Below, in pieces: positions 8,335 through 15,199 of a stretch of DNA of 32,000 bases. The stretch is from Geobacter sulfurreducens PCA (lineage in GTDB: Bacteria; Desulfobacterota; Desulfuromonadia; Geobacterales; Geobacteraceae). The stretch lies in contig NC_002939.5 in the NCBI RefSeq assembly GCF_000007985.2, positions 2,760,001-2,792,000 on the forward strand, written 5' to 3'. The translations under genes were made by a program, and so were the position numbers. The notes beneath the pieces were generated by a model. It made no database searches, was not told the origin of the DNA, and saw nothing but the letters and a program-made list of their open reading frames with translations. Within the stretch, counting starts at the first letter, position 1; every line of letters starts with the position of its first letter.

Positions 8335-9257
8335 CCCGCCTTTCCGCGTGCCGGGCCTGCGGCGGGCCGCTGGCCCCCTGGCTGGAGGGGGTTGCCGATC
8401 CCCAGACCGGCGAACGGTTTCACCTCACCAGGTGCGGCAGGTGCGGCCTGGGACACACGGAGCCGCACCCCGCCGACATGGCACCCTACTACGGGGCAGC
8501 CTATCACGGGGGCCGGCACGGCGTGACCGCTGCCTGGTGCGCCCGGCGCCGCATCCGGTGGGTAACCGCCGCCTGCGGGGGCGACGGCGCGGGCAGGCGC
8601 TTGCTGGATGTGGGGTGCGGGGACGGGACGTTTCTCCTGGAGGCGGGACAGCGGGGCTGGCGGACGGTGGGGACCGAGCTGAACCCGGCCGCGGCCCGGG
8701 AGGCGGGGCTCGACGTGCGCGGCAGCGTGGATGCCGCCGACGACGGCATCCCCTACGACTGCATCACCCTCTGGCACAGCCTGGAGCACATGACGGACCC
8801 CGGGAGGCTCCTGACGCGGCTCGCCGCCATGCTCGGCCACGGCGGGGTGCTGGTGGTGGCCGTGCCGGATGCCGGCGGGCTTCAATGCGGGTTTTTCGGC
8901 CGCCACTGGCTGCACCTGGACGTGCCGAGACATCTCTACCATTTCAACCACGGGTCCCTGGGGCGGCTCCTGGCCGCCGACGGATGCGCGGTCGTCCGAA
9001 CCATGCACCACGAGTTCGAGTATGACCTGATGGGGTGGCTCCAGAGCGCCCTCAACGCGCTGCTGCCGGTGCCCAACATCCTCTTTGCCGCCCTGACCGG
9101 CCGGCGCCGCCGCGGCGAGCACGGCGCTCTCACCCTGATCAGCCTCCTGCTGGCGGTGCTCTTCGCGCCGGCCGCGACGCTGCTGGTGATCGGGGAAACG
9201 CTCCTGGGGCGGGGCGGCACCCTGGTGATGGTCGCACAAAAAACGCCGCGCACGTGA
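8331..9257 (+). CDS. Class I SAM-dependent methyltransferase with N-terminal CxxC zinc-ribbon
   Basis: CRACGG...CGRCGL cysteine pairs and SAM motif [12 protein letters not shown]. The ATG overlaps the upstream stop codon (ATGA at 8331..8334), indicating translational coupling to the GT2 gene. Confidence 0.85.
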   Translation: MTRLSACRACGGPLAPWLEGVADPQTGERFHLTRCGRCGLGHTEPHPADMAPYYGAAYHGGRHGVTAAWCARRRIRWVTAACGGDGAGRRLLDVGCGDGTFLLEAGQRGWRTVGTELNPAAAREAGLDVRGSVDAADDGIPYDCITLWHSLEHMTDPGRLLTRLAAMLGHGGVLVVAVPDAGGLQCGFFGRHWLHLDVPRHLYHFNHGSLGRLLAADGCAVVRTMHHEFEYDLMGWLQSALNALLPVPNILFAALTGRRRRGEHGALTLISLLLAVLFAPAATLLVIGETLLGRGGTLVMVAQKTPRT

Positions 9258-9268
9258 GGGTGCGCGGC
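9238..9268 (-). terminator. Intrinsic terminator of the GGDEF-EAL gene
   Basis: Perfect 9-bp stem GCCGCGCAC (9245..9253) / GTGCGCGGC (9260..9268) with a 6-nt loop. On the minus strand a TTTTTT run (9238..9243) follows. It lies 38 nt downstream of the stop at 9306 and overlaps the last codons of the convergent methyltransferase. Confidence 0.6.
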
Positions 9269-9305
9269 ACTGTGTCCGATCGTCGCGACAGGGGGGAGGG
9301 CCGGT

Positions 9306-11927
9306 TCATTCCCTCGGCGCGGCCGGCAACAGGGGCACCGTGCGGCCGGCGATATACCTCTCGAACTCCTCCGGCGGCAGCGGGCGGGAAAAGTAAAAGC
9401 CCTGGATTTCCTCGCAGTTCCCCTCCATCAGCAGCTTCATCTGCTCGGCGGTCTCGACCCCCTCGGCAACCACCTTCATGTGCATGTGGTGGGCTATGCC
9501 GATGATGGTGGCGACGATTGCCGCATCTTCCCGCCGCTTCACCATATCGTCGATGAACGACTTGTCGATCTTGAGGACATCCACCGGGAAACGCTTCAGG
9601 TAGTTGAGCGACGAGTAGCCGGTACCGAAGTCGTCGATGCTGATGGTGATACCCCGCTCCCGGAGCCGGTTCATGATCTTGACCGTTTCGTCCACGTTGT
9701 GGGTCAGGGCGGTCTCGGTCAGTTCCAGCTCCACAAAGTGGGGGGAGAGCCCGCTCTGCTCGATGATCCGCACCACCCGGTCCACGAAGTCGTGGCCCAC
9801 GAACTGGCGGGCGGAGATGTTGACCGACACCCGGAGGGAATCGTGGCCCATCCGGTGCCATTCCAGCGCCTGGCAGCAGGCGGTAGCCAGGACCCAGTCC
9901 CCGATTTCCACGATGAGCCCCGAATCCTCGGCGATGGGGATGAAGTCGGCGGGCGAGATCAACCCCATGTCCGGGCTGTTCCAGCGGACCAGCGCCTCCA
10001 TGCCGACCACGGCGCCGGTGCCCGGTTCCAGGCGGGGCTGGTAGTGCAGGAGCATCTCCCCCTTCTCCAGGGCCCGGCGCAGCCCAGTTTCAATGGTGAG
10101 GCGGGCATTGACCTTCTGGTTCATCTCCTCGGCAAAGAACTGGAAGCTGTTCCGGCCGCTTTCCTTGATGTGGTACATGGCCGTATCGGCCTTCTTGATG
10201 AGTGCTTCCATGGTGTCGCCGTCGTCGGGGAACAGGGAGATGCCCATGCTGGCGGTAATGAATATCTCCCGCCCGCCCAGGAAAAACGGCATGGCGAGGA
10301 GGTTGCGGAAGCTCTCGGCCACGGTGACCGCATCATCCATCCGCGTCAGGTTGGTCAGGACGATGACGAATTCATCCCCTCCCAGCCGGGCAAAGGTGTC
10401 GCAGTTGCGCACGAAGGATCGGATGCGGGCCGCCACGCTGCGCAGGAGCTGGTCCCCTGCCGTGTGACCCAGGGTGTCGTTGACCACCTTGAAGTTGTCC
10501 AGGTCGAACATGAGGAGCGCCACCATCTGCCCCCGGCGGCGGGCGCCAGCGACGGCCTGATTGAGGCGGTCCTCCAGAAGCGAGCGGTTGGGGAGCCCGG
10601 TGAGGGTGTCGTGGGTTGCCTGGTGCAGGAGCTCCTCCTGGAACCGGCGGCGATCGGTGATGTCGTGGAACATGAGGCAAAGGGCCTGATCGTCCCCGTG
10701 GGGGACCTGGGTGGCCATGGCCTCGACAACGAGCTCGGCGCCGTCCCGGTGACACAGGCTCAGCTCCCGCGTTTCCCGGAGGCAACGCTCCAGTTCGCTA
10801 TCTACTTCCTGGACGGGACCGCTCAGGAGCGCGTGGATGTCAGCCCCGGTCAGTTCGTTTCGCGAGAAGCCGAGCAGGACGCAGGTGGCCGGATTGGCGT
10901 CGATGATCGTCCCCGCCCCCGGCTCCAGCAACAGGATCGCCTGGTTGGTCCGCTCCACCACCAGCCGGTTCCGCTCCTCGGAGCGCCGGCCCTGCTGCAG
11001 CGACTCCAGCAGCCTGCGCCAGAACAGGTTGATGATAAACGCGAAGCAGACCCCCACCACCGCGAACCAGGTCAGGAAGTAGGTGACGGCCTTTTTCCCC
11101 TCCTGGTAGATGCTGCGGGGCGCGTCGACCCTCAGAAGCAGGGCGGGTTTGCCATAGATGTCGGGAATGGCGGCATAGCCGGCGATCATTTTGCTGTCGG
11201 CGCGGCGCAGAACGACCGGCGCCCCCTGTGCCAGTTCGCCCCGGACCGCCGCGAAATCGGGGGGAAGCGTAGCATCGTCTGCGGTGTGTATCTCCAGGGG
11301 AATGTGGATTGTCTCCGAGAGCCGCATCACCTCTTCTTTGTCGAGCAGGCGGCCGAGCACGAGGACACCCCGCACCGGACCGGCATACTTGCTCGTGAGC
11401 ACGGGTCGGGCCGCAACCAGGAACGGGCCCTCGGGCAGGGTCACGATGCCCGAGACGTGCTGGTCCGGGGTGGTGAGGGACACGAGCTTCGCCCCGGGCT
11501 TCAGGTGCTCCTCCAGGCCGGCGGGAAGCGGTTCGTACTTTCCGGAGGCTCTGTCGAACCCCCGGCCGTAGACCACATCCGCCCTGGAATTGAGATACAC
11601 CAGGGCATTCAGCCGGAGCTTGGGATATATTTCAATGGTGAGATTCGAGGCGATGAAGTCGCTGTTGCGGTCCCGGACAAACTGGTAGGCGTCGTCCCAT
11701 CCCGAATAGTCGGTGCAGATCGTCGAGAGCTTGTCCAGCTCGTCGGCGATGATGCTGGTGGCCCGCTCCACGTTCTTGCACATGTCCCGGGACTCCACCT
11801 CGGTGAAACTGTCGACCAGAATGTGGCGTACGCCGAAAAAGAGAACGAGGAGAATCGCCAGGAGCAGACCGGTGATACCCAGCAGGATTTTCGCGGGGCG
11901 GCTGTACTGTGTGAAGAACGCAACCAT
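9306..11927 (-). CDS. CHASE4-TM-PAS-GGDEF-EAL signalling protein (diguanylate cyclase/phosphodiesterase)
   Basis: 873 aa. N-terminal TM plus a periplasmic CHASE4-like region, second TM, and PAS. The GGDEF motif is intact (RLGGDEF) and an RNCD I-site lies 5 residues upstream. EAL-domain motifs are intact (EALVRW, DDFGTGYSS, KIDKSF, EGVET). Confidence 0.95.
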   Translation of the reverse strand: MVAFFTQYSRPAKILLGITGLLLAILLVLFFGVRHILVDSFTEVESRDMCKNVERATSIIADELDKLSTICTDYSGWDDAYQFVRDRNSDFIASNLTIEIYPKLRLNALVYLNSRADVVYGRGFDRASGKYEPLPAGLEEHLKPGAKLVSLTTPDQHVSGIVTLPEGPFLVAARPVLTSKYAGPVRGVLVLGRLLDKEEVMRLSETIHIPLEIHTADDATLPPDFAAVRGELAQGAPVVLRRADSKMIAGYAAIPDIYGKPALLLRVDAPRSIYQEGKKAVTYFLTWFAVVGVCFAFIINLFWRRLLESLQQGRRSEERNRLVVERTNQAILLLEPGAGTIIDANPATCVLLGFSRNELTGADIHALLSGPVQEVDSELERCLRETRELSLCHRDGAELVVEAMATQVPHGDDQALCLMFHDITDRRRFQEELLHQATHDTLTGLPNRSLLEDRLNQAVAGARRRGQMVALLMFDLDNFKVVNDTLGHTAGDQLLRSVAARIRSFVRNCDTFARLGGDEFVIVLTNLTRMDDAVTVAESFRNLLAMPFFLGGREIFITASMGISLFPDDGDTMEALIKKADTAMYHIKESGRNSFQFFAEEMNQKVNARLTIETGLRRALEKGEMLLHYQPRLEPGTGAVVGMEALVRWNSPDMGLISPADFIPIAEDSGLIVEIGDWVLATACCQALEWHRMGHDSLRVSVNISARQFVGHDFVDRVVRIIEQSGLSPHFVELELTETALTHNVDETVKIMNRLRERGITISIDDFGTGYSSLNYLKRFPVDVLKIDKSFIDDMVKRREDAAIVATIIGIAHHMHMKVVAEGVETAEQMKLLMEGNCEEIQGFYFSRPLPPEEFERYIAGRTVPLLPAAPRE

Positions 11928-12039
11928 ATACCATTTTTCGGATGAACATAGAGAGTTCTTGAGGAAAAATAATCGCTATGTCTCAACTTACGGCAGGGTC
12001 GGCGGCGAGCCCCGCCGGGAGCGGAACCGCGCCACCGGT

Positions 12040-12378
12040 TCACCGGCAGTGCCCCATGGGCTCACTGTCGATCTCGTGCACCCGGCCGTTGCGGATGTGG
12101 ACCTTGGCGCAGCTGCCGACATCCAGGCGCCCCTCGGACTGGTCGAATTCCGTGCGGGAGTCGGTGGCAACGGTGCGACCGTCGATCACCCAGGTGCCGT
12201 GCAGCCCTTGTTCCGGCCGTTCCTGGACGATGCCGTAGAATTCCGTCCGATTGTCGTCGCGGCCGCCGCGCTTGGCCAGGGCAGCGTCCGGTCCGAAGCC
12301 GAGCACCACGGCAATCATGACGGCAAGTGTGCTCCTGGCCGCGGTACCCGCTAGTGTGTGTGCGATTGACTGGCGCAT
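12040..12378 (-). CDS. Small secreted protein, DUF5666-like
   Basis: 112 aa. GGAGG Shine-Dalgarno upstream of the ATG and a signal peptide ending ALA. Pattern FYGIV...GTWVIDGRTVATDSRTEF...VHIRNGRVHEID. The family assignment is from memory of the motif pattern only. Confidence 0.55.
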   Translation of the reverse strand: MRQSIAHTLAGTAARSTLAVMIAVVLGFGPDAALAKRGGRDDNRTEFYGIVQERPEQGLHGTWVIDGRTVATDSRTEFDQSEGRLDVGSCAKVHIRNGRVHEIDSEPMGHCR

Positions 12379-12547
12379 GCAACACCTCCCCCTATCGTTA
12401 TCCGGCCTTCCGTGAAGTCCCTGGAAGTAGTATAGACCGAATGGAGCCGCTGGCGAGGGACACTATTCTTTTTCCGGATCGCACCCATTGCCCTGTCCGG
12501 ATTTTCCCCGGCAGTGTGCCGTGAAACGGCCCTTGACGGCCATCCCC

Positions 12548-12575
12548 TTGACAGACCACCGGCTCTCACTATACT
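12548..12575 (+). promoter_or_regulatory. Sigma-70-type promoter for the cytochrome c lipoprotein gene
   Basis: TTGACA (12548..12553), 16-nt spacer, TATACT (12570..12575). A GGAGG Shine-Dalgarno precedes the ATG at 12610. Confidence 0.5.
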
Positions 12576-12609
12576 TCATGAGATGTAATTTACCAAACGG
12601 AGGTACGCC

Positions 12610-13050
12610 ATGATTTCAAAAGCTATCAGTGCCCAATGCCGCCACCTGCATCGGGCCGCCGTTCTTGTGGCAGTGATGTCCGCCCTTGCCGCAACCGGCT
12701 GTTCGAAGAAGGAGGCACCGCAGGCACCCGCGCCGTCCGCCGGGACGCCGCAGGCAGGGGCGCCGGCCGCCATGCCCGAGGGGATGAGCGGCCAGCAGCA
12801 AACCGCCATGGGACGGGCCATCTTCAACAAGCGGTGCGCCAGCTGCCACGGCACGGACGGCAACGGCGCGGGGAGCCGCAGCGGACCGGCACTCGACCAG
12901 GCCCAGTTCAAGTACGGCAGAACCCCCGAGGCAATCCGGGAAAGCATCGTCAAGGGACGCCCCAACGGCATGCCTGCCTTTGGAGCCGCCTTCCAGGAAA
13001 TTGAAATCGACACCCTGGTCGGCTACGTGATGGGTCTCACCAAGCAGTAA
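12610..13050 (+). CDS. Monoheme class I c-type cytochrome, probable lipoprotein
   Basis: 146 aa. Lipobox-like LAATGC, a single CXXCH motif (CASCHG), and a distal Met region NGMPAF typical of class I cytochromes c. Confidence 0.85.
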   Translation: MISKAISAQCRHLHRAAVLVAVMSALAATGCSKKEAPQAPAPSAGTPQAGAPAAMPEGMSGQQQTAMGRAIFNKRCASCHGTDGNGAGSRSGPALDQAQFKYGRTPEAIRESIVKGRPNGMPAFGAAFQEIEIDTLVGYVMGLTKQ

Positions 13051-13089
13051 ATTACGTCACCCATTCGCCACGTTCCCGCCCCGAAGACA

Positions 13090-13118
13090 CCCCCTGCCCT
13101 GACGGGAGGGCACGGGGG
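13090..13118 (+). terminator. GC-rich hairpin downstream of the cytochrome gene (no U-tract)
   Basis: CCCCCTGCCCT / AGGGCA-c-GGGGG forms an 11-bp stem with one bulge and a 6-nt loop, 40 nt after the stop codon. No T-run follows, so terminator function is uncertain. Confidence 0.3.
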
Positions 13119-13320
13119 CCTCTCGGAGAAAACACCCCGCACGAAAGCGGGATCCAGGGGTGCTGGAAATCGGATCAATGGCATCTCAACTCAATCCAGG
13201 TGTCCCGGTGACAACAGCAAAAAGTGGCGTCTTTTCAGGCGTGGAGCTCTCTTCACGGCTGAACCAAAATGCTACAACATGTGCAATCGTCATTATTTTG
13301 CACTCCGAACGCTTTTGTTT

Positions 13321-13349
13321 TTGACACAGAGTTTCTAATCTGATACAAA
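13321..13349 (+). promoter_or_regulatory. Sigma-70-type promoter driving the riboswitch leader
   Basis: TTGACA (13321..13326), 17-nt spacer, TACAAA (13344..13349). It lies about 30 nt upstream of the aptamer. Confidence 0.5.
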
Positions 13350-13374
13350 AGTGTATCAATTAACCAGAGCAGTA

Positions 13375-13466
13375 AGCTGGCGATAGCGATACTACTAAAC
13401 CATCCGCGAGGATGGGGCGGAAAGCCCACAGGGTCTCACGAAGACAGCCGGGTTGCCGAACTATCA
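13375..13466 (+). promoter_or_regulatory. GEMM-I cyclic-dinucleotide riboswitch aptamer (A20-type, possible 3',3'-cGAMP class)
   Basis: ACUAAACCAUCC-GCGA-GGAUGGGGCGGAAAGCC...AGCCGGGUUGCC aligns with the Vibrio Vc2 aptamer GGCAAACCAUUC-GAAA-GAGUGGGACGCAAAGCC...AGCGGGGUUACC. A GNRA-capped P1b helix is present. The Vc2 G21-C46 pair is replaced by a compensatory C(13395)-G(13420) pair. The position equivalent to G20 is A (13394). Confidence 0.7.
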
Positions 13467-13498
13467 CACCACGATAGGGCGGCGGCCCGGCTTTTTTT
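13447..13498 (+). terminator. Riboswitch expression platform: intrinsic terminator
   Basis: GCCGGGUUGCCG (13447..13458) pairs with CGGCGGCCCGGC (13480..13491): 12 bp including two G-U pairs. An inner CUAUC/GAUAG extension is present and a U7 run follows (13492..13498). The 5' arm is shared with the 3' strand of the aptamer. Confidence 0.7.
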
Positions 13499-13609
13499 GT
13501 GCCGTGGCCGCGCCGGCCGGTGACGGAAGGGAGGTGACCACTAACCGATAGAGACCGGCCATGATCTACACACGACACGGATTCAGGCATCCTATTCAGG
13601 GAGGAAACT

Positions 13610-14035
13610 ATGGCTAAAAGAATTCAGACCGTTACGAGAGGGCACATTACAGCCGCAGCGGCCCTGGTCATCGGCGTGCTGGCGGCATTCACCGCGGACG
13701 CCAATACGGGCCGGACCGCCGACGGTTCGGTACCACGCACCCCGGCCATCATAGCCACACCCGGCGAACGGACAATTCAAGCCGACCCCGCCTACCCGCT
13801 CCCCCAACCGGCAGAGCGAAAATCACGGACTGAGGCGCGCCGTTCAGGCCCCATTGACGGAGCTACGCTCTACTATACCGGCAACTGCGCCGGTTGCCAC
13901 GGCACCATGGCGAACATGAAGGGAACCACGGCGGAAATGATCCGCTTCGCCATCGACAACAACGTGGGCGGCATGGGCTTTCACGTGAACCTTACCCCGG
14001 AAGAACTCCACTCCATTGCCGACGCCCTCAAATAA
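13610..14035 (+). CDS. Small periplasmic monoheme c-type cytochrome
   Basis: 141 aa. GGAGG Shine-Dalgarno, signal peptide (AAALVIGVLAAFTADA), one CXXCH motif (CAGCHG). Confidence 0.8.
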   Translation: MAKRIQTVTRGHITAAAALVIGVLAAFTADANTGRTADGSVPRTPAIIATPGERTIQADPAYPLPQPAERKSRTEARRSGPIDGATLYYTGNCAGCHGTMANMKGTTAEMIRFAIDNNVGGMGFHVNLTPEELHSIADALK

Positions 14036-14044
14036 CCGCGAAAA

Positions 14045-14074
14045 GGAAGGGGCCACCGCTTCCGGTGCCCTTCC
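14045..14074. terminator. Hairpin after the cytochrome gene
   Basis: GGAAGGGGCCACCG-CTTC-CGGTGCCCTTCC, a stem with two bulged bases. A T-run follows only in the minus-strand reading (TTTT, 14041..14044). Confidence 0.35.
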
Positions 14075-14146
14075 ACCACATCCCTTCAGACATGTACCCG
14101 AAAAACAACGCTCTCACCAACGTCCCGTCGTAAGTCCTGCCAATTG

Positions 14147-14176
14147 AAAAGGGCCACCGACTCTGGTGACCCTTTT
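14147..14176. terminator. Bidirectional intrinsic terminator between convergent transcription units
   Basis: AAAAGGGCCACC (14147..14158), loop GACTCT, GGTGACCCTTTT (14165..14176). There is one mismatch, and A/T runs sit on both flanks so a U-tract follows on either strand. It lies between the cytochrome gene (+) and the rhodanese operon end (-). Confidence 0.55.
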
Positions 14177-14339
14177 ACAGATCACATTCTCCGCTATCGA
14201 TCCAATCTTCCATGAAAGTAATTGCGAGGCAGTGCGGCTGCCGGCGCTGCGACGCACGCGTCCGGCAACGTGAGGCAGCCGTGACGCCACAGCGATCGAA
14301 CCGACCATAATTACCACCAGGAACGTACCAATCGGGACA

Positions 14340-15083
14340 CTACCTTGCTACCGGCAGCCCCGCCTCCTTCCACTCGACGAACAGCGACTGGAATATTGAG
14401 GGATAGGCGAGGCCGATCAGCTTCTTGTAGGCCATGTAGCTGCGGCTGCCCGTATTGCAGTAGACAATGATCTTCTTTTCCTTGGGCAGTTGGTCGGACC
14501 GTGCCGCAAGCTGCTCGGCCGGGATATTGATGGCCGTGGGGATGTGCCCCTCCTCGAACTCCATATCATCCCTCACGTCGATCAGGACATAGTCCTGGCT
14601 GCCGGAGCGGATCATCCGGTCCAGCTCGGCTGCCGGGACTATGGTCGTCTCGATCTTCCTGCCGTAGCCCGCCCCCTTGACGATGGGGAGACCCCGCTCT
14701 TCCCAGACCGGCATCCCTTCGTTATAAACGGCAATGGCGGTGTAGCCCAGGGGTTCCACCTTTTTGGCCACCCGCTTGCTTTTGCCGCACTTGATACCGT
14801 TGCAGTAGAGAACGATGAGCTTCGCCTTGTCGGCCGGGAGTTGCGCCGAAGCGCTGTCGAAGGTCTTCTCCGGCACGTTGACCGCTCCGACGATGTGCGC
14901 TTCCGCATACTCTTCGGGGGTCCGGGCATCGATCAGCAGGAAATCCCGCTTCTCGTCGATCATGGCCTTCAGGTGGTCCGTGGTCACGACCGGGTAATCC
15001 CCGGCGGCCCAGCCGGCACCGCCGGCCAGGATGCCGAGGGCCAGGACGGCGCATGCCAGCGCACGCTGCACAATTTGTTTCAT
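14340..15083 (-). CDS. Periplasmic tandem-rhodanese sulfurtransferase
   Basis: The start is placed at the internal ATG at 15083, which has an AAAGGAGGA Shine-Dalgarno and opens MKQIVQRALACAVLALGILAGGAGWA (signal peptide). Two rhodanese domains carry active-site loops YCNGIKCGKS and YCNTGSRS. Confidence 0.85.
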   Translation of the reverse strand: MKQIVQRALACAVLALGILAGGAGWAAGDYPVVTTDHLKAMIDEKRDFLLIDARTPEEYAEAHIVGAVNVPEKTFDSASAQLPADKAKLIVLYCNGIKCGKSKRVAKKVEPLGYTAIAVYNEGMPVWEERGLPIVKGAGYGRKIETTIVPAAELDRMIRSGSQDYVLIDVRDDMEFEEGHIPTAINIPAEQLAARSDQLPKEKKIIVYCNTGSRSYMAYKKLIGLAYPSIFQSLFVEWKEAGLPVAR

Positions 15084-15199
15084 GGTTCTTCCTCCTTTGG
15101 GTGACAGGCTCGGGCAGGAACGCCCGGATTTCATAACCCCGCGCGGGGGCGACACAACATCAGACGGATCGCTTCGGCCGGACCGGGGGCCGCGGCGGA

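Noticed and set aside
13178-13324. 48-codon + strand sORF (MASQLNPGVPVTTAKSG...) between the two cytochrome genes.
   Set aside because: The ribosome-binding site is weak or absent, there is no motif, and it runs into the riboswitch promoter. It is probably fortuitous.
14114-14317. 67-aa minus-strand ORF downstream of the rhodanese operon.
   Set aside because: It spans the bidirectional terminator, has no RBS, and its composition is uninformative.
15137-15148. Palindrome CCCCGCGCGGGG in the 116-nt gap between the HdrD-rhodanese gene and the last rhodanese gene, considered as an internal terminator.
   Set aside because: It gives only a 4-bp stem around a 4-nt loop, and only UUAU follows on the minus strand. 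That is too weak to call.
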